Source: Geosiphon pyriformis uo1 (taxonomy: Eukaryota > Fungi > Glomeromycota). From it: a DNA stretch of 64,000 nucleotides. Where the stretch lies: contig JAAOMT010000352.1 of assembly GCA_016748015.1 (NCBI GenBank), positions 62,001 to 126,000 of the forward strand, written 5' to 3'. A program made the position numbers and the translations under genes. Within the stretch, counting starts at the first letter, position 1. The number at the start of each line of letters is the position of its first letter. This document shows positions 48,301 to 60,247 of this stretch, piece by piece. The notes beneath the pieces were generated by a model that saw only the letters and a list, made by a program, of their open reading frames with translations, was not told where the DNA came from and did not search any database.

Positions 48301-50365
48301 TTTTTCTCAAAAGATAACCAAAGAATCTAAAAGTAGAGAAATAGTTTATACTGTTAATAAATAATAATACACTAATATAATTCTATGTCTTATGTTAGCA
48401 CTTTTAGAATTTAATATTAAATATTAAATGTGCTTTTTAATTATATCTTATTTAATAATTTTCAAATACTACAATTATATAAGTCAGGAAAAAGATATGT
48501 AAATGCCAACAAATAATTTTTTATTTTAAAATATTTAAATACTTAAAGATAAAAAAAGAGAAATTAGTAATAAGAAAAAAATTAAGATGAAATTATTATT
48601 TTATTTTTTTGATTTGTATATGCTTTTCTACAGCTAAAAGATTCATTATTTATATAACTATTAAAAATAGTCAATGATCAAGTCAATAATTAAATCAATA
48701 ATTACTATCTAAAAATAAGATGGCTAATTATATAATATTAGTGACTAATATATATAATAATTAATAAAAACCATGGATTTCAACTGTTATAATATAATAA
48801 ATAAAAATTTATTTAGTAGTTGTATTTTTCAAATTTTTTTATAGTGTAAAAACTAATTTAATCTAACAATTATGCTCTTTTAGGAAGCTATCTTTAAGTT
48901 TTTACTTTTGTTTTATAAATTTTTTATCAGTCCATCCTTGATATTAATATCTTAATACTTAATTTTTTAATTAATTAATACACAACACAAAACAAAATAA
49001 AATAAAATAAAAAAGAAATAAGAAATTAGTATTTTATCAATAACTATAATCAAAAACTATTGGTTTAATATAGTTAAATAACAAATACTATTAACATAAA
49101 TTGCTAATAAAATTAGAAAATAATAATATTAATTCAATAAAAAAAATAACATAAATTAAATAATTTCACTTTAAGATATAAAAAACTATCTTTTGAAAGA
49201 AAGTATATATTATAAATATTTATTGTTAACTAACTAAAAATTTGTTTAAATGTTTTTTTTCACTTTTAATATTATTGTTATATATACATAATTTTTGTTA
49301 TACAAGATCTTATATATTTTTATTTTTTTCTATACTACTTTTTAGAACTGTGTTTATTCTTAAACAATATGTCATAATTTTTTAAAAATGTGTTAATTTC
49401 TTACAAATGTATACTTTCTAAAAATTTGTTGTAATTTCTTAACAATGTGCTCATTTTTTGTAAATGTATACATTTCTGGAAATATTAAGTATTATTTTTC
49501 TATTGGCTTATTCTTATAATTTGTTTTTCTTATTTCTTTCTTGTATTTTTTTTTATAAATAACAGTACATAAATCTGTTTCTTAATCTTGAAAAAAAGCT
49601 TAAGTTTTAATAATTCTCAAACCATATAAATAGAAAAACATTTTGATAAATACATAGTCTATTGTTTTAATTGAAACAGTTTAAAAAGTTTTTTTCAAGA
49701 TTTTGTTTGACAAATTTTTTTGGTATACAATAAATTTAATGTTCTTTGTAATAATAATTTTTCAGTTTTAAAAAATATAACAACACAATTTTTCATATTA
49801 ATAATTCGATCAGTAATAGAAAATGTTTTAAAAAAAATCATAAATTTTGGCTGGTTTTGTAAAATATGCACAAAACATATAATTTTGTGAGTTGAAAACA
49901 TTTGAAATATAGCTTAAATAAAATTAAAATATGTGACAAATTTGTCAGATTCTTTAGTAATATTTACAACAATTGTATTAACTAAATTATAACTAATTTT
50001 GATCTAATAAATAAATACTGTGTTTATAATAAGCTAAATTAAGGTGAAATTTTTTCATCTTTTTTTTTGGCATATTTTTTATGATTTTTTTTTGTGCAAA
50101 ATTAAGACAAGAAAGTATTTGTAATTATAGGATTAATTTTAATTTTGTTGCTAAAACTACTTTTAAAATAATGGAAAATATAATCTTTTTTTATTGCAAT
50201 CCTTTGCTCCTTACCATTATAGTGTACATGGGCAAGCATTTTGAAAGCTTTGATGACAGCATTAAATGCAACATTGCCCAGTTTTGTATATGTTTGGATG
50301 ATAAATACGGAAGATTATAACTATCCAAAATCGAGAATCAAATTAGAACACTCTTATGGCAAGAG

Positions 50366-53160
50366 TTAATCCTGAAGATATTGCAATCGCAATATACTCT
50401 TCACTGCCTCTGTTGCATAGGCATCCCCTGATGCAAGTTGTGCAGGTTCAGGCCATGATTGGAGAATTTTGACCAGCAGCTTTGCAATTCCCCTGTTGTA
50501 GCTGTCATCTGCAATGCAGGGATAGACATTTGTGTTGAGACCAATGATCTTGAGGCCAAGTTGGGTTCTTTCTACTGGATGATGTACACCACAGCCACTT
50601 AACATCTCTTGGGCTGTGTTTTGCAATATTCCAAGCTCCATCCACAATGCACCATATGGAATAGTAGTTGAACTATCTATAAGTCCCAGTTTCTGGGGTG
50701 CCAGATGAGACCGTGATTGTTCACCAATTTTTTGTTTCTTGCGATTTTTCACCTGCACAAGTATGAATGAAATGCGTTCGAGTGGGATGGTGCTTTGTAC
50801 CGCGTAGGTTTAAGACGTGAAGTGTAAAAATAAGGTAAGTTATCAAAGAGGGGTCAAAACTCAATATGAATAGCATGACATGATGATACATACATAGTTT
50901 TATTTGGGCGAACTGTCAATGAGGACTCTGCAGTATCAGGCGGCAGCACAACAGGGATGATCAAGTCAACGGCTTCACTATAACGCTTGGAAAGGATACC
51001 TGCTCCACGAATCGCGAATTCATACAATGTTGCACGGTTCGGCTTTTTGTATGTTGGTCGCACGAAATGCGTCAGGAATATCTCTCCACGCATTAGTCGA
51101 TCCTTAGCTACTGTGTCCATAATGGTATCCAGGTTGGCGCAATTCACGCCTAGTAGCTCAGATAGGAATGCACTCACTGTGACCACTCGCGAATACGGCA
51201 TAGAACCTCGCCGTGTACTTACATGATCAATTGCCAGCAGAACGAGTAACTGTGCGACAAGCTCACCACGATATCCTGCATCTACAATGCCGTATCTTAG
51301 CGAGACAGCAAGAAAGCTCAATATGGATTCAAGATAGCCTTGGCGGTGCATCAGTTGGGCTGATGCTTCAGCCAGAATTGGCTCTGATGGAACAGCACTG
51401 AGTACGCTCTCACGTTCAGGCGTGATATGGATGCACACACGCATGTGATCTGCAATAAGGGCAGTGTTGATGCGGAGGGATGGATTCACATCCAATGCAA
51501 TCCGGGGTGACAAGATAGCCAGCGTTTGTTCCAACGTGAGTTTATCAGCCGTAAGCACCTCGTTTGTACACATGATCTTATATACGGCAAGAGCAATTGT
51601 GTCCGCTTGAGGAGCAGTAGCAGAATCATAAATGGTTTTCCAGAGAGGACGACCGAGAGAAATCAGGCGGTCTTCCTTCGTGGCAGTTGCAAGTGAGTTT
51701 ACAGGAGCTCTGTCAGCGAGGCTGTCAAAGGTGCTAACCAGATAAAACGGTGAAAATACGTCCAAGTTATTTTGAGCAATACGAGCTGATGGATCTTGGA
51801 GAGCCGGTGGAACAAAGTCACCAACTCGCGAAGAAGTGTCGAGAAAAACGGCCGCCGTGAACGTGTCCTCGCCATTCGCGCCGCTATTGTGGCTCGGAAG
51901 CATGCGCAATGCATAACGCAGCCAATAAAAATGGTTGTGAACATCTCCATTGCAACGCGGTGTATTGATGTTGCGAGCCTCATCAAAAACAAACACAATC
52001 CGTGCTTCAGGATCTTTTGACGCTTTGAGAACTCGCGCGAGTTTCCTAGCCATCACAAGCAGCTCCATCGGAAATTGCTCCACATTTGTTAGTCGGACCG
52101 TATGCTCATGAAGATATGTTCTAACGCGGATCCAGTAGTCATGTGAACTTGAGCTATTCTCATTGATCGGCGTGCCAAACACGTGCCAATCGAACCATGC
52201 AGCAGGTGAGATTAGCTGCGAGTGCTGTTGCATTATGTCCACAAACACCTGCATGCATGCAAGCAGGTATGCAACATAGGACTTGCAGTTGCGCGCTTCA
52301 TCACTTAAGAGTTCGTCGGCGATGGCTGAACGCGGGGGGAATCCAGTGCTCAAGCTTGGCCGTAGACAGCAGTAAAACACGTAACGTTCTTGCGCGACTT
52401 CACGTATGATGCGAGACTTGCCGACTCCGCTTGACTGCACGATGGCTGTCATCGGAGCATACTGTTCACGTGGATCCCATGTCCTTACAATCTCATCAAG
52501 CTTATCCATGAAATAGCGACGCATTTGGGTTGGATCACTATATGGGCGCTCAAATTGTCTCTTATGAGCCTGTGTGGATATTTCATTCTCAAATTTACGC
52601 TTGGACGGAGTAACTGTAAGAAAGAGATTACGTGAGCATCATTTCGGAGAAGCAATTTTGCCCGTCTGCCACGCCCCCACTCTTTCCTTTCTCAGCTGAT
52701 AACATTCCAAAGAGCTTTCAGATAATGAAGCCTGGCAGTCACTATTGAATATTGACAGCACAGCAACCACTTCTCCTACGACCCCAAACGTATCGTATCT
52801 TGCTTATTTGTCTTTCAAATGGGTTTACGTATAAACCTAGCTCTGCTACGATCCGGCTCTGCCCCAACTAACAACGTCCAACTGCCTCTCTTGCAATATA
52901 GCACAAAACCAGTAACAGTATTCAAACTCTTCTCCCCGTTGCTCCTCTATCCTCCCAAATGTGTGTTGCTTACCTTGCTTACCCTGTGCTATGAGAAATT
53001 CATCATAGCAATCTGTTGTCGCTTCAGGGTGGTCTTGATGGTATTCATGGTAGAAGTCTTTATATTTTTCGTGTGCTGCTCTGATGTCCGTGCCAGTTGC
53101 TTCTAGATAGTCTCGACCGTACTTAGTAACAAAATCCACTATGTCCAGTGAGTAGTCCAT
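50366..53160 (-). CDS. P-loop NTPase + restriction-endonuclease-fold protein (Crinkler/CR-type NTPase-REase family), predicted 3 exons (53160-52983, 52613-50894, 50792-50366), ~774 aa
   Basis: Walker A IVQSSGVGKSR, Walker B IVFVFDEAR, LGRPLW, SEPILAEAS; REase elements GYRGELV, VDLIIPV and SFILVQVKN. GT-AG introns (gtaagc...ttacag, phase 1; gtatgt...aaag, phase 2) keep the frame: 178+1720+427 = 2325 nt. The exon 1 link is the least certain part. Confidence 0.8.
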
Positions 53161-53240
53161 GGCTAGATGTTTTTCGTATGTTTAGTGAGTGATAGTGGTA
53201 AAAGAAGAGTCGCGATCTGCGTCCACCCAACTCAGCCCTG

Positions 53241-53246
53241 TTTATA
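53241..53246 (-). promoter_or_regulatory. Candidate TATA box (TATAAA) of the NTPase-REase gene
   Basis: About 80 nt upstream of ATG 53160, in otherwise GC-rich context. Confidence 0.4.
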
Positions 53247-53864
53247 CGTTTTACTTACACAAACATGTGATACTTCTCCGTATTGAAGCGCCGAATCAAC
53301 TATAGTTACCCGGATCCAGCACACTTGGCAAAGCAGATCGGGAACCCTCCATGCTCTTGTCAGGATAATGAAGACAAAGGGAAATCTCTTTTATACGCTT
53401 CTTTGCATATCACGTTATGGAGCAATTAACAAATGGTTTAATTTTTGTATTGTATTCTGCTACTACTACGTAATGCAATTCTGTTTTTGGAAGTGAAGCA
53501 ATTGTTTTTTACGTGTGTATTGTAACGAGTCGTATGATAATGGATAACTGAATTTGAATTGCAAAAAACAGTTACAACAATCGATTCTCTTTATTACTCT
53601 CTTAAACAAAGTATGTACAGTACTTTTGCATATTAGAGCGATTGCATGGAAGGAAATACTCGGACCCAAAGCCATTACTATGGTGCAAACCATTTATAAT
53701 CATCAAAAATATAGATCAGTCCGAAATTTTAAATGATGATCTTCACGTGTTTTTATTTATATAATTAAATTTTATTTGTTAATATACATGTGTTTTTAAT
53801 ATATTATTTATAATAAAAAATAAAATTTTATTAAATTTTATATAATATAAAACCAAATACAGTA

Positions 53865-54030
53865 TTACAAAGTTTGAATATTATTTAATTTGTCTAATTC
53901 TTCAAGAATATTATCTGGAATTCTTTTATAAAATTTATACTTTTTTATAGCATATTCTACTAATTTTCTACTAAGATCTTTTCTATAAAGATCCATATAA
54001 CACCAACATTTTCTTGAAAATCAATTCTTA
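53865..54030 (-). pseudogene. C-terminal remnant of a probable Tc1/IS630-like DNA transposase
   Basis: Translates FSRKCWCYMDLYRKDLSRKLVEYAIKKYKFYKRIPDNILEEL, resembling from memory the RYMDxYRxGL...AVKKYxSHRR tail of fungal DDE transposases. No catalytic core is visible. Confidence 0.45.
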
Positions 54031-54169
54031 TTATTACTATATTATTCATAAATAAATAGACTGGTAGAATAATTTAATTGAATATTGTGTAAAGTATTAG
54101 CAAAAATAAATTATAAAAATGCATAAGAATAGAACTTATTTATATTTTTTGTATTATTTGTATCTTAAA

Positions 54170-56444
54170 CATTAAAACAAAATACTATCTAGTTTATACT
54201 ATTTAAATTAGTTTATGGAAAAAAAGCCACCCTACTTATTAAATAAAAAATATCTTTCTTCCTTATAAAAACAATTACTAAAGAAAATTTTGAAGCTATC
54301 TTAAACCAAAAAACATATTAGTTTATAAAAACATTAGAAAACAATTATAAAACAACAGTTAACAATATTAATAATACTTAAAAATAACAGAAAAAAAGAT
54401 ATGATAATTGCCTATTTAACCAATCAATTGAATTTAAAATTGATAATTAAATATTATTATATTGTACAAAAGCTAAAAAACAGTAAAATAAAAAGTTTAA
54501 CCCAAAATAAAACAAATTTTTTTACATATATGAAGTTTTAGACAATAAAGTTTACAAATTAAGATTGGAAAAAAAAAATTTAAAGAAAATAATACATAAA
54601 ATTTATTTAAAAATTTATTATACTAACCAAAAGTTATTGTTATTTGTATCTCAACTAAAAACACAAATTCTATTAATTAGACCAGAAGATATATTACAAG
54701 ATTTAAAACCAATTATCATTATTAAAACATAATTAACATATGATAATTTAATTAAAAAAAATTTAAGTATATATAATGACTAAAACAACAAAAAAAAGAC
54801 AATAAAACTCTCAATATGGATCTTTTAAATCAAATTTTAAGACTTTTAAAACAATAATTTACAATACTAATAGAAATTACAATCAATAAAAAAGATATAT
54901 AATACAAAAATTTGCACAAAAAAGAGATATGCAAGAATTTAACTAGAACTGAATGTTTTTATCCTTACAAATAATTAAAAAAAAAAGAAAAATATGTGGT
55001 TAAACAAGCTTAATAAAATTAAAAAAGCTTTAAATAGACTAACCTTAAAACCAATAATAGAAAACTGGATACTGAAAATCTTTAAAGTGTAAAAAAAAGA
55101 CTATTACTAATATATTAATTCTTTAAAATTGGCAAAAAACTCAACTTATAAACACCATACTTAAATATTAATAAACAAATATTTAACAAAAAAGCTTTAA
55201 AACAAGTAATAGAATTTATTGGAAAAAATAATCTAATATTATATTACAAAACAATATACTAACTGTATTTAGTATTTAAATATTGTTTAGCAATACTGTT
55301 AGACAGTTTATTAAAGTTTATTACAATTAACAACATAAAACAAATAACAAATACACAGTTTAAAGACCTACAAAAAGCAATACTCAACACAACTATTAAA
55401 TATTATACTAAAAAAATAATTTTTATAGATACATATAATTTTGCAAAAGCTTAATTTTAAAAGAGAAGAATAATATTACTTGAATAAAAAAACCAATTTA
55501 AAAGATATTAAAAAAATGTGATTAAAAACATAATAACTTAAAAAAAACATAATAATATAAAATAATACAAAATAACATATAATAACTCAAAATAATATAA
55601 GATAATACACAATAACATAAAATAACTAGCCATAACATAAAATAACTAGTTATAGTATAAAAAAATAAAGCAACAACAGAAATAGTAAACAATAGCTAGT
55701 AATAATAAAGAATTAAAAACAATTTTATAAAACTAAAAATATGTATAAAAACAATAGTTTAGCAAAAAAAAAGACAGATAGAAAAAATTCAAATATATTT
55801 TTTTACTCATATTTCTTAGATCTATCTTACCTATATATTTATATTATCTTAAATAAAAAAAATATTTAAAACCAAAAATCACTTATATATAATCTACAAA
55901 TTTTGTGTTTAAACAAATTAATCATTTTTTTATCTTTATTTCTGGCCAGATGTTTTTAGCATAAAACTGCTTTAAACAATAATAACTTGGACCAATTACT
56001 TTTGATTATGGTAATTAATAATAATAATTTTTTTATTTTTTTTTTATTTTTTTATTTTTTATTTTTATTTTTTGTGAAACAGCAATATTGTAAAATCAAC
56101 TGTTTGAGAATAGACTTTATAATAGTTTGGTAAAGCTCTTTCTAAAATTAAATATTAACATTATGTTATTAATTTATTAAAAAAACAAAAAAACATTACC
56201 AGACTCTAACAACTGTACTCAATTAGCTCAGAAAAAATAGCTTATATACTTAAACCACAAACAACCAAAACATTTTTTTATGTCTTATAACCAAAGAACT
56301 CTACAGATAAAATTAGCAAAAATCTTTAAAAACTAATATTACTAACTTATTTCATATATTAAGAATAAAAATTTTTAAGCTTTTTTTATCTAAATTTAAA
56401 GCACCAAATATTACTACTATACTTTACTAAATTTACTCATAATA
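54170..56444 (+). mobile_element. Element G: 3' fragment (integrase C-terminus, ORF3, PPT, 3' LTR 55474-56444)
   Basis: FKLVYGKKATL integrase relic; PPT aagagaagaataa at 55461-55473; LTR homologous to 26410-27432, with ~20-bp tandem repeats at ~55520-55660. Confidence 0.8.
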
Positions 56445-58604
56445 ATACATATTCAATTTACTTTCTTATTATAATTTTTTTTGATTATTTTTATTACTCT
56501 ATAATTCTGTTCTTTTTTGCTATCTATTAACTTATTATTTTAACTTATAACAGTATATTTTATGTTTTATATTGGTGCTCTTAGAATTTGATATTAAATA
56601 TTAAATATACTTTTCAGTTATAATTTATTCAATAATCTTTAAATACTATAATTATACAGATTAGAAAAAAAGTAAATAAATGCTAACAAATAATCTTTTA
56701 TTTTAAAATATTTAAATACTTAAAAGTAAAAAAAAATAAGCAATATAAAAAAGATTAAAATAATAGTTGTTATTTTATTTTTTTTGATTATATTTTTATA
56801 CAATTAAGACTTTTATTACTTATATAGTTACTAAAAATAGTTAATAACTAGATTAACAACTAAATTAATAATTAAATTAATAATTAAGTTAATAATCAAG
56901 TTAATGATTAGATTAATAATCAAGTTATTAATCAGATTAATAATTATTATCTAAAAATAAGATACTAATATATATAATAACAGAGTTTTATTTATAACAA
57001 TAAGATATTTAAAGCTATAAACCAATAATTAACCATAGTATTATAAGTTAGAATAATAAGTTAATAGATAATAAGAAAAAACAAAATTGTAAAATAATAG
57101 AATTAATTAAAGAGAATTTAATTTCAAAGAATAAATTAAATAAGTATAGATTTAATATACAAAATTAATTTTATAAAATATCTTAATTGTTAATTTTTTC
57201 AAAAGATAATAAGAAAATCTGAAGATAGAAAAATAGTCTATACTGTTAACAAATAATAATATACTGGTATAATTCTATCCTTTATATTAACATTCTTAAG
57301 ATTTAATATCAAATATCAAATGTATTTTTTAGTTATTGTTACTCATAGAATATAAGAAATATATTAGTATATAATTAGTCAATCAAAAGTAGATGTAGTA
57401 AATGTGAAATTTCAGAATTTCTCTCAAAGGAATTGCAAGATTCCAGAAATTTCAGGATTCTCATATGAGGAATTGCAGAATTCCAAAATTCTAGGATTCC
57501 TCTTAAAAAAATTACAAGATTCCAGAAATTCCAGGATTTCTGGTGTAAAAAATTGAGGAATTGAGAAATTTCGATTATGTATATATAGCAGTAGTATTAG
57601 AAGTAAAAAAAACAGACCTCTCAGTTTAGATTTCATCTAAGCAACCTTCTAATTCACAAATATTAATAAATAAGTATTTGTTTTCTCAATTTATTCTTTC
57701 ACTATTAACATTCCATGTTGATAGTAATTGATACTTAAACCCACTAGAACAATAGCTTTTGATCATGGCTATTAATAAAATACTAACATTCATTGTCTTG
57801 GCTTATTTCTTTCTTTTCTTTTATTTTTTTTCCTTATTTTTCTTTATTTTATTTTCTGTCTTTGTTTATTTTTACTAACTTGATTAAAAAGATTAACACA
57901 CAAAAATACTGATACTAGGATATAAGTAACTGGTAAAAAATCCAGGAATAAGGATAGAACATTCGATTGAGGATAGCTTACTAGGAAGATTACTGGCCAT
58001 TATGCTGAAAAAGAAATTTAATGGAATTACAGTTCTGAGAAGCTATAGATAAAACAATAAATGAATCTCTGTCCATTATACAAAGAACTTAACCAAAACC
58101 TTTAAATACCAAAACTTTCAGATATTACCAATGAGATTAGTTATTAAACACCAAGTTACAGGTTTGTTATTTGATTGGAGACTTCAAATAATTACCAATA
58201 ACATCATGTTTTATTTAATAATCTTTAAATATTATAATTATACAAATTAAAAAAGGATAAGTAAATGCCAACAAATAATCTTTTATCTTAAAATATTTAA
58301 ATCCTTGAAGATAAAAAATAGAAAAAAGAAAACAAAAAAAAAAAAAAAAATTGAGTTAATAGATTTTATTTTATTTTTTTAATTTCTTATATATTTTTTT
58401 ATAGCTAAAAAACTTATTGCTTATATAATTATTTAAAATAGTTAATAATCAGATTAATAATTAGGTTAATAGTTAAGTTATTAATCAAATCAATAATTGA
58501 ATCATTGATTAAATCAATAATTAGATCAATAATCAAGTTAATAGTTAAGTTATTAATTAGATTAATAATCACTATCTAAAAATAGAATTGTTAATTATAT
58601 AACA
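56445..58604. repeat. Cluster of decayed C-family LTR pieces: + strand U5 56445-56552; - strand 56553-~56978; - strand 57039-58604
   Basis: Homology to the C/D LTRs, including expanded 12-bp arrays at ~56840-56945 and ~58440-58570. Confidence 0.7.
57337..58203 (+). mobile_element. Solo LTR S4 (867 bp, B type) inserted in a C-family LTR
   Basis: tgttactcat...taaca; TSD ttat (57333-57336) / tcat (58204-58207). Confidence 0.88.
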
Positions 58605-58930
58605 ATTTTTTTTATTTGCATTTACAAATAAGGCCCAATTACTATCTAATACAATACAACTGTTTAGAGTTCTAAATTAAATGTGAATTATGTACTTACT
58701 ATATGTGATCAGCCATCTGGCTGATCAAGACTATACTATGCAATTATATTGACAGAAACACTTCTAATAGCATTAGCATAAAACAAACAACCCATATCTA
58801 AGCCAAAATTAATTGAATAATTCTTCTCTATTTTAAGCAACCAAATGACATTGTCTAAAACTCTGATAAAAAGACCATAAATATGATTAAACACAAAATA
58901 ATCTTCATGTATACTTTTGAAGAAAGGGGT
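58605..58930 (-). mobile_element. Short LINE 3'-end fragment
   Basis: Shares the 3'-UTR motif (atatgtga(t/c)cagcca) and ORF2 tail with 30990-31240; T-run at the left end. Confidence 0.55.
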
Positions 58931-58949
58931 ATAAGATTATTAATTAATT

Positions 58950-60007
58950 ATAGATATTAGTTCTAAGCTAGATTTTATTTTTTTTGTTTTTAATACTTTT
59001 ATTATATATAATAATAAGTAAAAGGTTTTTTATAGCTGATGATCCTTATTGTCTTAAGTAATGCTTATTATTTTGTTTATAATATGTATTAAATTATAAA
59101 CCAGACTTTATGGAAAGCTGGCTCTGGTACAAATGTCTTAGACAGTTCATTATTAGGTTCATAGATTGGAAATGTACTGTCTTCATTTAACATTCAGATT
59201 TTCACATGTTGGTAAAGTTTACTAACAAAAAATTGGTTGTTTTCTATATATATTTAATGAAAGCTGTATATAGGAGATTGCCAGTAGCTGTTCACAAGAG
59301 ATTATATAACAGAAATTATTCAGATATTTTGTGTTTAATGTGTGGTAATGTTGAATTTTTCGACCATGCTTTTATTTGCTCTACAGATATCTTGGTGCAT
59401 TTTGAGGTTTTTTCTGATTGTACCAATTTGTGGAAATTTTTGGCAGACAATTACCTCTCTGCTTTATTTTTGGTATTACATACTCTCTTACAGGTCTCAG
59501 ATGTCAATATATATGCTGTGTTATGCAAAGACTTTGTTTTTAAGGATTGGATTAAGAAGACCATTTTTATTTTTAATAACAAAAGGAGAACTGTGTTGGT
59601 TGTGGTCAATTTTGTTTGCCATTTGGCTAATAACTATTGTAGTAGGTCGTGGTTATTAAGATTTAGGTTTAGAACTAATATAGAGAAGAGTAGTTTGGTT
59701 CATAATACAGATGGAGTTTTTGCTCCAGTGCATAGTTTGCTCAGACATTTGTTTAAAGATGTTATTTGCTTGCTCAGTATTATTGAATTTTTTGCAGTTA
59801 GCTTTGGTTTGTGGAGACATTGTGTGTTTTTTTTCAGCTTAGACAATAGTAGTAAGATTCTTGTAAATATGTAGTACTGTCTTAATAGGCCTGAGTGGCT
59901 GGTCATGTGTAGAAAGTACATGAGCCATATTTAGTTTAATTTAATTTGTTTTGTTTTTGTATATTAAATAATGATTAGGCTGCACTTATTAAAAATAAAA
60001 TAAAATA
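58950..60007 (+). mobile_element. LINE ORF2 3' end (CCHC zinc-finger region), 3' UTR and A-rich tail
   Basis: ORF 59206-59874 contains RLPV...CLMCGNVEFFDHAFIC; (aaaat)n tail at ~59991-60007. Confidence 0.8.
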
Positions 60008-60019
60008 ATTATATAATTA

Positions 60020-60247
60020 GTATTATATAAGATTTCTTGAATTCTTTTAATTTTTTTAGCCAGAAATCTTAGAATTCTTGGAATCTTGTAATTCTTTGAG
60101 AAAAATTCTAAAATTCATAGAATCCTGTGATTCTTTAAAAAGAATTTTGAAATTTTTAGAATTCTAAAATTCCTCTTTTTATTATGCTTAGTTCTAATTG
60201 GCTACTTTATTTTTTTATTAAAAATTCCTAAATTTCTATGAGTAACA
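60020..60247 (-). repeat. B-type LTR U3 fragment
   Basis: Ends ...ctatgagtaaca at 60247; contains the gaattc motif array. Confidence 0.7.

Larger units (their letters stand above)
32857..48791 (-). mobile_element. Element D: full-length, heavily decayed copy of the C family, interrupted in ORF3 by element F
   Basis: 3' LTR 32857-33506; 5' LTR 48147-48791; PBS ~48125-48140; TSD atat at 32853-32856 and 48792-48795; internal region 42387-48146 colinear with C. Confidence 0.9.
32732..49564 (-). mobile_element. Solo LTR S3 (~895 bp; 32732-32856 + 48796-49564), split by element D
   Basis: B-type R/U5; ends ...taaca at 49564; TSD atac (32728-32731) / gtac (49565-49568); the host LINE frame resumes. 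Confidence 0.8.
28760..49800 (+). mobile_element. Heavily decayed L1-like LINE (ORF1, APE endonuclease, start of RT) in pieces ~28760-30900, ~31645-32731 and 49565-~49800
   Basis: APE start (relics of N-I-R-G-I-N and I-x-E-T-K) at ~30340-30470; IDFI at ~31660; KAVGFSGISNKL at ~32630. It resumes after 49564 with relics of W-K-K-A-W-V...IPKPY, IVLIETV*K and NNFSVLK. Confidence 0.75.

Noticed and set aside
50366-53160. Bacterial contamination or a prokaryotic defence gene
   Set aside because: Frame-preserving spliceosomal introns, one of which splits the nuclease motif, indicate a eukaryotic gene.
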